Shown one piece after another: positions 1 through 8,608 of a stretch of DNA of 34,103 nucleotides. The DNA comes from a virus. Location: the UHGV virus genome UHGV-0238489. One strand, given 5' to 3'. A program made the position numbers and the translations under genes. Position 1 is the first letter of the stretch; each line of letters starts with the position of its first letter. A model generated the notes under the pieces. The model worked only from the letters and a program-made list of their open reading frames with translations, did no database searches and had not been told where the DNA came from.

Positions 1-158
1 GAATATTTTTTGGTAAGCGTCAAATATGCGCGTTCTGGCTGTGCGTAGCCGGAACCTGTGGGAGCACGATGCCGATAAGTGAAAGGCATCGTGCTATGAA
101 GGAGGATTCTATCGATGTGGTCAATGGAAGACGGTTACCAGAGATAGGGCTTATGCAT

Positions 159-181
159 AAAAAAATAAGCCCGTGTAAGGG
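159..181. repeat. attL: att core copy (attL side, next to int): aaaaaaataagcccgtgtaaggg
   Basis: Exact 23-bp direct repeat of 33962-33984, located just beyond the integrase stop. It resembles the P2 attachment core as I recall it. Confidence 0.75.
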
Positions 182-265
182 CGTTTATATACCCTTACAA
201 CAGGGGCTTTCAACGGTGCAATGCGGGTTTGCGCGGCACGCAAGACCACTGAAAGCCATAATAAA

Positions 266-1279
266 CTACCCTACTGTGGACACTATGTGGACACTCTGAG
301 AGTCAACACCACCACGTAACGGATTGAGCGTTATCGCGTCCTGTAGGTACTCAGGGGCGAAGTGTGCATATGTCATTGTCTGCTCAATTCTTGAGTGCCC
401 AAGGATTCTTTGAAGCGTGATAATGTTGCCTCCGTTTATCATAAAGTGCGTGGCGAAGCTGTGCCGTAATGCGTGTGTGGCCTGACCCGGTGGCAGGTCG
501 GGTTTCAGCTCCTTCATTAGCCGTCTGAACGCTGGATAGTTAGCATCAGTGAACAGATAGCCACGCTTACCCGTTGTGATCATTGTTGCCAGCTCCTCGG
601 ATATCGGAACGGTTCGCGGCTTGTTGGTTTTTGTCTTAACAAACGTGACGCGATTTTGAATGATATTTTCCGCTTTCAGTTTTGCTGCCTCACTCCATCT
701 CGCGCCGGTGCTAAGACAAAGAATCGCAATTTTTTTATTATCTCCGTCCACTTTTGACAGCAGAAGCGCGATCTCCTCTTGCGTCAGGTAGCCGGTTTCA
801 GGCTTATCCTCTTTGAGTCTTTTAAGACCTCGGAAAGGATGCTCCCCGAAAAATAGCTCCGCATCTATCAACGCGGTAAACATCCCGCTAAGACACGTTA
901 AATCACGATTTATACTCGATGGCTTGATGCCTTGAGAACGCCGCACAGTGCTGTATTGGCTTATCAATGATTTAGTAATCTGAAAGGCACAAGGGTCGCT
1001 GGTTATCTTTGTGAACAACTCTATCTTGCTCAGGTAATCTCGACCGTGAGTCTCATGCTTGCCTTTCAACTCCCACCAGATTTTTGTTAGCTCTGACAGT
1101 TGCCGTTTATCTGTCGGTTTAGCGAGCCATTCTTTATCGTGATGGTTGTATTGAGTGTGTTTCTCAAAAGCTACAGCCTCACTTTTCTTGTCAAATTTCC
1201 TGCGGATGCGCTTTCCGTTGCGCCCGGCAGGTCTAATATCCACTTCATAACGACCATCATCGAGCTTTTTAACTGACAT
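266..1279 (-). CDS. int: tyrosine integrase (P2 Int-like), 337 aa from the MSVKKL start
   Basis: ORF 266-1312 on the minus strand. Internal ATG at 1279 is preceded by GGGAGG and gives 337 aa. The C-terminus contains R..HxxR...Y-type recombinase residues (ATHALRHSFATHF, TMTYAHF). Position is next to the att core. Confidence 0.9.
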   Translation of the reverse strand: MSVKKLDDGRYEVDIRPAGRNGKRIRRKFDKKSEAVAFEKHTQYNHHDKEWLAKPTDKRQLSELTKIWWELKGKHETHGRDYLSKIELFTKITSDPCAFQITKSLISQYSTVRRSQGIKPSSINRDLTCLSGMFTALIDAELFFGEHPFRGLKRLKEDKPETGYLTQEEIALLLSKVDGDNKKIAILCLSTGARWSEAAKLKAENIIQNRVTFVKTKTNKPRTVPISEELATMITTGKRGYLFTDANYPAFRRLMKELKPDLPPGQATHALRHSFATHFMINGGNIITLQRILGHSRIEQTMTYAHFAPEYLQDAITLNPLRGGVDSQSVHIVSTVG

Positions 1280-1375
1280 AAAGCCTCCCGATGATGTTAC
1301 TGCGTACTTCAATTTCCTGATTTAAATAACAAAAACTCACCGTGCATTTACTGCACAAATAGGCACCGTAAATGG

Positions 1376-1684
1376 TTAGCCAGTTTTCTGGTCTGAGTGG
1401 GGTAACGTTGTTGTCTGCTGCCCAAAGTGCGCGAGAGCCGGTGCAATCTGCCCAGCTTCTGGTGATATCGTCTCAGTCATGAACCACATGGTATATTTTT
1501 TGAACTGTGGATGATTCAAAATCTTCATCACTGCTTGTATGCCCATATCTTTTACTCCCTTCTCATAACTCGAAAGAGAGCTATAAGGAACTCCAGTTAA
1601 CTCACTGAATTCTTTTCTATTCATACGCTCCGACTCACGCATGATGGCCAGCTTCTCGTTGACGGGTATCATCGTAATTAACAC
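1376..1684 (-). CDS. C: immunity repressor (P2 C-like); start may be the internal MIPVNEK at 1672
   Basis: Small ORF upstream of int on the same strand and divergent from cox. It contains a TGVPYSSLSSYE helix-turn-helix-like segment. Size is about 99 aa as for P2 C. Confidence 0.75.
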   Translation of the reverse strand: MLITMIPVNEKLAIMRESERMNRKEFSELTGVPYSSLSSYEKGVKDMGIQAVMKILNHPQFKKYTMWFMTETISPEAGQIAPALAHFGQQTTTLPHSDQKTG

Positions 1685-1807
1685 TCCACTATTGATAGAA
1701 ATACGATAACGGAGTAATCTTTGTTTCGTTATCGCAGGTTAATGGCTCTAATATGGCAATTAAAAGCCATTAGGAGCAATTAAAACACTAACGAGGAATA
1801 GTCACAA
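1685..1807. promoter_or_regulatory. divergent early control region (Pc/Pe-type promoters and operator repeats)
   Basis: AT-rich intergenic region between divergent C and cox. It carries direct repeats caattaaaa at about 1756 and 1778, roughly two helical turns apart, and an inverted cgataacg/cgttatcg pair. Confidence 0.5.
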
Positions 1808-2083
1808 ATGAATAGGGTCATTGAGAGCGCGAGCGACGCGGTTCCGTATCAGGAGTTTGCGCGCCTTATTGGTAAAACCCCTGCTGCTGTCAAAGGGATG
1901 ATTGAGAAAGGCAAATTACCGGTAGTTGAGATGACTGATCCTCAGTCTACAAGTGGGAGAGCGGGGGAATACTGGGTGTACCTGCCAGCATGGAACAAAG
2001 GCATGAAGATGGCCTATGACAGTCGCCCTAAAGAAATTCGTGATGGTTGGTTGATGTGGTTGGGTTTAGGTGAACCAGCATAA
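1808..2083 (+). CDS. cox: Cox-like excisionase / early repressor, 91 aa
   Basis: A 91-aa ORF transcribed divergently from C. Size and position match P2 Cox. Confidence 0.7.
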   Translation: MNRVIESASDAVPYQEFARLIGKTPAAVKGMIEKGKLPVVEMTDPQSTSGRAGEYWVYLPAWNKGMKMAYDSRPKEIRDGWLMWLGLGEPA

Positions 2084-2264
2084 GGAGCCAGAAATGAAAA
2101 AACCACGTTGTATAGCTCAGTTGCTGCGTAACGAAAGCCCACGACAGATGAAGTTCAACATCACTCATGGTAAAGGGCGTAAAGGCATCATCATCCGCAC
2201 TCATAAGCCTGGATTTATTGCTATGGCTAAACGCTTTATGAAATCCCGGGGGATATCGTTATGA
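2070..2264 (+). CDS. small basic early protein (P2 orf78-like)
   Basis: A 64-aa ORF overlapping the cox stop and the B start (translational coupling). It is lysine/arginine-rich. Confidence 0.45.
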   Translation: MNQHKEPEMKKPRCIAQLLRNESPRQMKFNITHGKGRKGIIIRTHKPGFIAMAKRFMKSRGISL

Positions 2265-2761
2265 CGGTTATGACTCTTGCATTAGTTCAAAAACAACCTG
2301 CAGCTCTACGCGTCGTTATAGGAAAGCATCTTGCGGAACCTCGCTGGCACGATACCTGTGATTTTTATAATCAGATGATGGAGCGTGACCGCTTGACTGT
2401 CTGCTTTCATGCACAGTTAAAACAGCGCCACGCAGTAATGCGTTTTGAAGAAATGAATGACGTCGACCGCGAGCGTCTGGCTTGTGCTATCGATGAGCTG
2501 CGCACTGCTTTTTCAAAACGTCGTCAGGTTGGCGCAAGTGAATCTGCATATATTAATTTTCTAACGGTGGGTCAGCGCCGCTCTTTATTTCTACACGCGG
2601 GATTGAGTGAGGTCGAGTTCAATCAGCCTTACTGGCGCATTGACGAAGATGCTTGTTATTGGCGTGAGAAACTATTCCGCGCTTTGCGTGAATTGTTTAG
2701 CCTGTTTGAGTACGCTCCAACCATATTAACCTCGGTAAAGCCTGAGCAGTATTTACATTAA
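2261..2761 (+). CDS. B: replication protein B-like (helicase-loader type), 166 aa
   Basis: A 166-aa ORF at the P2 B position with the same length as P2 B. Confidence 0.7.
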   Translation: MTVMTLALVQKQPAALRVVIGKHLAEPRWHDTCDFYNQMMERDRLTVCFHAQLKQRHAVMRFEEMNDVDRERLACAIDELRTAFSKRRQVGASESAYINFLTVGQRRSLFLHAGLSEVEFNQPYWRIDEDACYWREKLFRALRELFSLFEYAPTILTSVKPEQYLH

Positions 2762-2809
2762 TTAATCTGGATTCGTTTTATTACACGCCTTACTGCGTGG
2801 GGATTCCTT

Positions 2810-3046
2810 TTGTCTGGAGATAGGCAAATGCATAAACAAAATACAGTGCCGACGTGCGTGCTCTCGGTACATCTGGCGCAAGCGGTGCGCGATGCGCAGC
2901 TCGATACCGCGACCCGTTTATCCTCTCATTTTGATCGCCTAATTGCGCACATCAGTAAGTCAGAACTCAACCGCACCGAGATCATCGAGCTATTGGGGCA
3001 AGAGTCCGAAAAATTGCACAACTCTATTTTTCATTGTGCTTGCTAA
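2810..3046 (+). CDS. hypothetical early protein (P2 orf80-83 region)
   Basis: ORF between B and A. No recognisable motif. Confidence 0.4.
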   Translation: MSGDRQMHKQNTVPTCVLSVHLAQAVRDAQLDTATRLSSHFDRLIAHISKSELNRTEIIELLGQESEKLHNSIFHCAC

Positions 3047-3068
3047 TCAATTTTAGAAGGAGACAAAA

Positions 3069-3344
3069 ATGAGTATCCGTATCGAGATAAATCATCAGTA
3101 TGTAGTTACAAGTGATCGCTACCAGTTCATTTTGCAGGAAAAGAAAGTGGCGACTGCTGGAAAAAATGAAGGTAGCGAATGGCTTGATACTGTCGGGTAT
3201 TATCCGACAATTCAAAAACTGGTTTCTGGTCTGGCGCTACATGACCTTTTAAATGGCGGTGCTGATAGTTTTGCGGCGTTGGGTGAGCAGGTCGAGCAGT
3301 TGGGGCTGCAATGTCAGACCGCGTTTTGTGCTGATGGTCGTTGA
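3069..3344 (+). CDS. hypothetical early protein (P2 orf82/83-like)
   Basis: A 91-aa ORF preceded by GGAGA and ending at the A start. Confidence 0.45.
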   Translation: MSIRIEINHQYVVTSDRYQFILQEKKVATAGKNEGSEWLDTVGYYPTIQKLVSGLALHDLLNGGADSFAALGEQVEQLGLQCQTAFCADGR

Positions 3345-5610
3345 GACTCGGGGGCGTATTGTCCCCTCGCTAGCCCTGCCAATATCTAAGCGCACCGGCG
3401 ATACTTTCGTTGGTGCTTATCCCTGGAATGCTCCCCGCGCTGCCATTGGCCGTGACAGACCCCTTACACGTGCCGAATTCCGTCAGGTGCAAGGTGTTTT
3501 ATACCGGATAGACCGCCTGCCTTTCTTTCTTAAGACGTTGTTTACATCCCGTTATAACTTCATTCGCCGCACAAAGAGCCCGCTCGGGGCGCTCTATTTC
3601 CTGAAAAACACCTTTGAGCGGAAGCTGTTGCCGCGTCTTGAGCGCGTTAACGAGCTGTGCGGGATGAATGAATCTGCGTCGAATGGTTTCTTGTCTGAGC
3701 GTGACGAATATGCGTGCTTGCCTGATATGAATGACAAAGAGCTGAAAAAATTTGCGGCCAGAATTGCCGCGCAGCTCTGGCGTAAATACGAGGAACTCAG
3801 CGACGAATGGGCTGAGGCTTTCGGCGGTAAAGAGACCCTTTTCACCGATGAGGCGCAGGCGCACATATATGGTCAGGTGGCCGGTGTTGCACACGCGTTC
3901 AACTTAACCCCGCTCTACTGGAAAAAATACCGTAAGGGTCAGATGACGATCCGCATGGCGTTTTCCGCTATTTCCCGTCTGATAAAAGATGATTGGTGGG
4001 TTAACCAGCTCAAGGCACAGCGTATGCGCTGGCGCGAGGCGCTGCTTATCGCTGCCGGTGAGGTCAACAAAGACCGTTCACCTTACGCAAGCAAAATGGC
4101 GATCCGCGAGGTTCACTCGCGCCGCTTGGCTAATCTCGAATATCTGAAATCCTGCGAACTGGAAAACAAAGTCACCGGCGAACGTATCGACCTTATCAGT
4201 AAAGTCATGGGGAGTATTTCAAACCCTGAAATACGCCGTATGGAGCTGATGAACACCATTGCCGGAATTGAACGCTACGCGGCCAGCGTTGGTGATGTGG
4301 GAATGTTTATCACGCTGACCACGCCGTCGAAGTATCACCCGACCCGACAGGTCGACAAAGGTGACAGCAAAATGGTGCAGCTGAATCACGGCTGGAACGA
4401 AACCGCATTCACCCCTAAAAACGGCCAGCGCTATCTGTGCCGAATCTGGAGTCTGATGCGCACCGCTTTCAAAGATAACGATTTGGAAGTGTATGGGATG
4501 CGCGTTGTCGAGCCGCACCACGACGGCACGCCACACTGGCATATGATGCTTTTTTGCAAACCCGGTCAGCGTAAAGCTATCAACGAAATTATGCGTCGTT
4601 ATGCCCTCAAAGAGGACGGACACGAAAAGGGTGCGGCAAAACAGCGCTTTGAGTCACGCCATCTTAATCAGGGCGGCGCGGCGGGTTATATCGCTAAATA
4701 CATTGCCAAAAATATCGACGGTTACGCTCTCGACGGTCAGCTCGACCACGACACTGGCAAGCCTCTGAAAGATACGGCCGCAGCCGTAACCGCATGGGCG
4801 TCTACATGGCGTATCCCTCAGTTTAAACCGATTGGCCTCCCGACAATGGGCGCTTACCGCGAACTCCGCAAGCTGCCGCGAGGGGTGAGTATCGCCAGCG
4901 AGTTTGACGACCGCGTCGAGGCCGTCCGGGCTGCTGCAGATGAGGGGGAGTTTGACCTGTATATCATCGCGCAGGGTGGGGCAAACAAGCCGCGCAATGC
5001 TCAGTCGGTCAGGGTCGCCCGTAGGGTGACGGATGAGGTTAACGAATACGAGGAAGATATCGATAGGGTGGTCGGTATTTATGCCCCTCACCTTGGGGTG
5101 AGCCGCGTACATGTAACCCGCACAGCGGAATGGCGCATCGTTCCCAAGGTTTTGGCTGTTGAGCCTTTGACCTTAAAAAGCGGCGCTGCCGCGCCTCGGA
5201 GTCCTGTCAATAACTGTGGAAAGCTCACTGGCGGTGATGATCCAGTTATGACACCCACACCGTCTGAACATGCTGCAGCGGTGTTAGATCTGATTGATAA
5301 AGGGCTTATCGCATGGGATGACCCCGAAGTTGTGACGGTGCTCAGGAGCGCATTAAAACACGGCGCGCCGCAGCAAAATCGACAGCAAAGAATAGATGAG
5401 CCATTAAAACCGCATCAGATAGCACCATCAGGACGAATGACAAAAGCCGAGAGGGCTCAGATTCCGCGCATCCGCTTCGGACTGGCGCAGCAGGGTATCA
5501 CGCCGCAGCGGTGGGAACTTCAGGCGCTGGCTCGTGGCGGAATAGTGGTTTATGGCGAAAAAAGATTTGTATACCCGATAGCGGACGAGTGGGTGAAGCA
5601 TGAGGGGTGA
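3334..5610 (+). CDS. A: rolling-circle replication initiator endonuclease (P2 A-like), 758 aa from the ATG at 3334
   Basis: ORF 3253-5610. The in-frame ATG at 3334 overlaps the upstream stop and gives about 758 aa (P2 A is about 761 aa). It carries a HUH-like motif (PHHDGTPHWHMMLF) and an AGYIAKYIAKN tyrosine motif typical of Rep-type relaxases. Confidence 0.85.
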   Translation: MVVETRGRIVPSLALPISKRTGDTFVGAYPWNAPRAAIGRDRPLTRAEFRQVQGVLYRIDRLPFFLKTLFTSRYNFIRRTKSPLGALYFLKNTFERKLLPRLERVNELCGMNESASNGFLSERDEYACLPDMNDKELKKFAARIAAQLWRKYEELSDEWAEAFGGKETLFTDEAQAHIYGQVAGVAHAFNLTPLYWKKYRKGQMTIRMAFSAISRLIKDDWWVNQLKAQRMRWREALLIAAGEVNKDRSPYASKMAIREVHSRRLANLEYLKSCELENKVTGERIDLISKVMGSISNPEIRRMELMNTIAGIERYAASVGDVGMFITLTTPSKYHPTRQVDKGDSKMVQLNHGWNETAFTPKNGQRYLCRIWSLMRTAFKDNDLEVYGMRVVEPHHDGTPHWHMMLFCKPGQRKAINEIMRRYALKEDGHEKGAAKQRFESRHLNQGGAAGYIAKYIAKNIDGYALDGQLDHDTGKPLKDTAAAVTAWASTWRIPQFKPIGLPTMGAYRELRKLPRGVSIASEFDDRVEAVRAAADEGEFDLYIIAQGGANKPRNAQSVRVARRVTDEVNEYEEDIDRVVGIYAPHLGVSRVHVTRTAEWRIVPKVLAVEPLTLKSGAAAPRSPVNNCGKLTGGDDPVMTPTPSEHAAAVLDLIDKGLIAWDDPEVVTVLRSALKHGAPQQNRQQRIDEPLKPHQIAPSGRMTKAERAQIPRIRFGLAQQGITPQRWELQALARGGIVVYGEKRFVYPIADEWVKHEG

Positions 5611-5728
5611 TTTATATCCATCTAAATCATGGTGTTATGATGGCTGTGTGAGTTCTTTTCTGATTGGGGCTGCGTTCGACGGCTTGAAATGTTGTAAATG
5701 CCCATAATCTGGTTTAAAGTGTTTTTAT

Positions 5729-5833
5729 GCCAACGACTAGGAGTATCTCCAGTCATAAATGTTGGCCTCTACAGGCCTTTATATAGTGTTGCTCTTGTAC
5801 TGCCTTCTCTTTCGAGAGAAGGTATGTACAAGA
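5729..5833 (+). ncRNA. candidate structured non-coding RNA upstream of the RT (possible retron msr/msd-like or RT-associated ncRNA)
   Basis: The 327-bp non-coding leader contains two strong hairpins: 5729-5766 (gccaac...gttggc enclosing ggag-tat-ctcc) and 5793-5833 (a 17-18-bp stem, tcttgtac..ccttctct / agagaagg..gtacaaga, with a ttcg loop). I found no clear a1/a2 inverted repeat. Confidence 0.3.
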
Positions 5834-5936
5834 AGTAAAGCCTGCGAAGGGAGGGTGTCTGGGGTGAGGAAAGACTGAGAGTTAAAGCATTCATCTTAGA
5901 ATCCATTCAACTCAAAAAACAAAAGCCCAGCCAACG

Positions 5937-6926
5937 ATGAAACCCCTTAGTCTCGAAAAAGCCTTCAATATCGCATTCTTCGAAAAAGATTCCTTTCAAA
6001 ACTTTCTTTCGTTTGAACCATTTCAACAAACTAAATTTATAACCTTTGATGAAAGGTTAATTGCTGAGCCCAGTTCTAAACTAAAAGAGTATCACAAATT
6101 CATAAATGAATTTGTTCTTTCATACTTGAAAGTAAATAAGGATGTTGTGTTTTCGTATAGAAAAGGAAGCAGCACTTATGATGCAGTAAAACTTCATGCC
6201 TGTAGTAAGATATTCTTCAATACTGATATTAAAAACTTTTTCCCGTCGATAACTCGTGAATATGCACGATCAGTTTTAGTTGATAACTTATCGAACGTTC
6301 CCATTTCCGATTTAAATATACATCTGGATAAAATTTTAGATTATATTATTATCGATAATTCGTTGCCTGTAGGGTTCCCAACATCACCAGCTTTCAGCAA
6401 TGCCTGTTTATATGACTTTGATGTTGAGATGCAGCAATATTGTATTAACCATGAATATATATTCACGCGCTATTCAGATGATATTATTATTTCCTCTGAA
6501 AATGATGAGGGGTTTGAGAATATTAATTCTGTAGTAAGTGACCTGCTGGGTGAGTTTGGGAATGGGCATTTCAAACTAAACTCAGCAAAAACTAAATTGA
6601 TTAAAAAAGGCAGTAAGATTAAGCTGCTGGGGATGGTTATTTTACCATCTCAGATAGTCTCTGTTGATATTAAAATAAAAAGAAAACTTGAGCATTTAAT
6701 TCATTTTTATGTAACGGATAAAGATAAATTTATAGATTCTATAATAAAAGATCCTAAAGTTAAAACTAGCGGATTGAATAATAGCGAGATTTTGGAAAAG
6801 GGTGTTAATACAGTTTCTGGTCTTTTAAATCATATAAACACAATTGATAAGAGTTATCTCGATAAGCTAAAGAGAAAATACGGAAATACGATTGTCGATA
6901 TGCTTTTTTACAAGAATGTTAATTAA
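5937..6926 (+). CDS. reverse transcriptase, 329 aa (retron-type or Abi-type defence RT)
   Basis: RT motifs are readable in the translation: motif A NTDIKNFFPSI, motif B' LPVGFPTSPAFSN, motif C YSDD (FTRYSDDIIIS), motif D/E LNSAKTKLI. A NAxxH-like YDAVKLH and a VTG-like VSG are present. AT-rich codon usage contrasts with the phage backbone. Confidence 0.8.
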   Translation: MKPLSLEKAFNIAFFEKDSFQNFLSFEPFQQTKFITFDERLIAEPSSKLKEYHKFINEFVLSYLKVNKDVVFSYRKGSSTYDAVKLHACSKIFFNTDIKNFFPSITREYARSVLVDNLSNVPISDLNIHLDKILDYIIIDNSLPVGFPTSPAFSNACLYDFDVEMQQYCINHEYIFTRYSDDIIISSENDEGFENINSVVSDLLGEFGNGHFKLNSAKTKLIKKGSKIKLLGMVILPSQIVSVDIKIKRKLEHLIHFYVTDKDKFIDSIIKDPKVKTSGLNNSEILEKGVNTVSGLLNHINTIDKSYLDKLKRKYGNTIVDMLFYKNVN

Positions 6927-6927
6927 A

Positions 6928-8280
6928 ATGAAAATAAACATTGAGATCTCAAAAATCCAGCATGTTGAACATATGTCATTTGCTATTGATCTTTCTGAAA
7001 ATAAACTGACTTGCATTGTAGGAAAGAACGGTGCTGGAAAGACAACGTTAATCAAAGCAATTAAAAATTTACAATCAGCAGATACATTCATAAAGACATC
7101 TTCTAGATATATATTCAATCCTGACAGTAGCATAGTATATAATATTAATGATCAAAATATAGTATATGTCTATGATGAGAATTTGAAGGTAATAGACACT
7201 AAGCAAATAATTCCAGCAGATATTAAATCCAATCTTTATGTCGAGTTGCCCATTCCTCATGGAATGAGGTTCAATAACTTCCCAACACTTAGTAAAATTG
7301 ATACAGAACTTAGAAAAAGTATTGCGTTTGAAAACTATAGCGTTCCCGAGGATTTGATAAATATACTCAATGAGGTATATCAGTCTTCTTCTTACAATAA
7401 TCTTAAAGCATTTTCTGTAAAAAATGAAATTTTCTATTTCAGATTGAATGAGAACGGAACATACATAAGGGAGGATTACTTTAGCTCGGGTGAGTATTTC
7501 ATTTTGAATTTATTTAGAATGATTGAGCTCAAAAGAAAGTTCATTGTCATAGATGAGATAGATATATCACTAGACTCTTCGGCGCAAGTCCATCTTATAG
7601 CAGTGCTAAGGAAATATTGTCAGAGACACTCGGTGAATATTGTATTCACAACACATTCACTTGCTTTAATGCAAACGCTGAATGATGATGAATTGTACTA
7701 TATGTGCGAAAGTGATGCTGGAACTACAATTACAAATCGATCCTATAATTATATAAAAAGTACGCTTTTTGGATTTAAAGGATGGGATAAGTACATTCTT
7801 ACTGAAGATGAAGTTCTGCAAAACTTCTTAGAATATATAATTAATGCCTCTGGGAATGATTACTTCTACGAATACAAAATAATATATGTTGGTGGAGGAA
7901 CTAATGTCATTGATTTAATGCGTCGTAATGAGAGAGAGAGCTTTCTCACGACTCAACAGAATGTGATCTCAGTGTTAGACGGAGATCAATTAGGTCAAAG
8001 GCATGCTCGAGGTGAAAATATTTTATGCATACCTTTCCAAAGTGTTGAGAAGGATTTCTATCAAGCATACGGCCAAGATGAATCGATCCCGAGAATTACA
8101 ACTAGAGGTAACGATAAACTTGATAAGCAAGTTTATCGAGGGGTAGTGAAAACCTATAACAACGGTTGGGATGAAACTAGGGTTTTTGAATACCTTGAGA
8201 GGTTAAAGCCTGATGAGTGTGAGGCTTTCAGGCAAAAAATTAGAGCATTTCTCCAAAGAAATATTTCGCCAGAGGGTTGA
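6928..8280 (+). CDS. ABC-type ATPase with C-terminal Toprim-like domain (OLD-family-like nuclease ATPase), about 450 aa
   Basis: Walker A GKNGAGKTT, ABC signature-like FSSGEY, Walker B FIVIDEID, H-loop FTTHS. The C-terminus has a conserved acidic ILTEDE and a DxD VLDGDQ, as in Toprim. Start is 1 nt after the RT stop (alternative upstream ATGs at 6892 and 6916). Confidence 0.7.
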   Translation: MKINIEISKIQHVEHMSFAIDLSENKLTCIVGKNGAGKTTLIKAIKNLQSADTFIKTSSRYIFNPDSSIVYNINDQNIVYVYDENLKVIDTKQIIPADIKSNLYVELPIPHGMRFNNFPTLSKIDTELRKSIAFENYSVPEDLINILNEVYQSSSYNNLKAFSVKNEIFYFRLNENGTYIREDYFSSGEYFILNLFRMIELKRKFIVIDEIDISLDSSAQVHLIAVLRKYCQRHSVNIVFTTHSLALMQTLNDDELYYMCESDAGTTITNRSYNYIKSTLFGFKGWDKYILTEDEVLQNFLEYIINASGNDYFYEYKIIYVGGGTNVIDLMRRNERESFLTTQQNVISVLDGDQLGQRHARGENILCIPFQSVEKDFYQAYGQDESIPRITTRGNDKLDKQVYRGVVKTYNNGWDETRVFEYLERLKPDECEAFRQKIRAFLQRNISPEG

Positions 8281-8422
8281 ATATAAGCTTCGGGATCTCA
8301 TGCGTCTCTATCTGCATGAAATTGCATTTGATAATTCCTATTTTTCTCGTGAGCTGTGTCACGTTAGGCGCAGCTCAGGGCTCATAATGCACCTGCATTA
8401 AAACCGACCCATCAAGCGCGCA

Positions 8423-8441
8423 GGCGAGGCGGGGATAGCAC
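8423..8441. other. cos: cos site candidate (19-mer ggcgaggcggggatagcac)
   Basis: It differs by one base from the P2 cohesive-end sequence as I recall it (GGCGAGGCGGGGAAAGCAC). It lies in a GC-rich stretch between the accessory locus and Q, the position expected for P2 cos. Confidence 0.6.
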
Positions 8442-8577
8442 TGCGCGCCAGACGTGGTGACAGCCTTTATTTTTACGCACCTGAGCGCGTCGTGGTGGCG
8501 CTGTCGTTTTGCGGGTCGGCGCTGATGTTTGTCGGGCGGTTAGGGGGCGTGTGGTGCGTCTGAGGCGATCAGTGATG

Positions 8578-8598
8578 ATGCCGCCCGGAGGCGGCATT
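8578..8598. terminator. hairpin gccgcc-cgga-ggcggc followed by atttt (possible terminator of the accessory operon, or bidirectional)
   Basis: GC stem followed by a T-run on the plus strand, between cos and the Q stop. Confidence 0.35.
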
Positions 8599-8608
8599 TT
8601 GAGAGGAG

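Noticed and set aside
1-158. A tRNA or tmRNA gene at the integration site
   Set aside because: I could not recognise a tRNA cloverleaf (acceptor stem or T-loop GTTCRANYC) in the left flank or right of the attR core. P2-type integrases commonly use non-tRNA sites.
69-299. 76-aa plus-strand ORF spanning the left att core and the int 3' end
   Set aside because: It crosses the host/phage junction and overlaps the integrase C-terminus on the opposite strand. Unlikely to be a real gene.
3253-3333. N-terminal extension of A from the ATG at 3253
   Set aside because: This start lies inside the upstream 91-aa ORF. The ATG at 3334 overlaps that ORF's stop and gives a P2-A-like length.
3499-5112. Minus-strand ORFs (3499-3894, 3594-3866, 4219-4623, 4654-5112) inside the replication gene A
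   Set aside because: They are embedded antisense in the 758-aa A gene. No independent start or promoter context.
8412-8597. 61-aa minus-strand ORF in the cos region
   Set aside because: Pro/Arg/Thr-rich translation of a GC-rich non-coding cos region. No start context.
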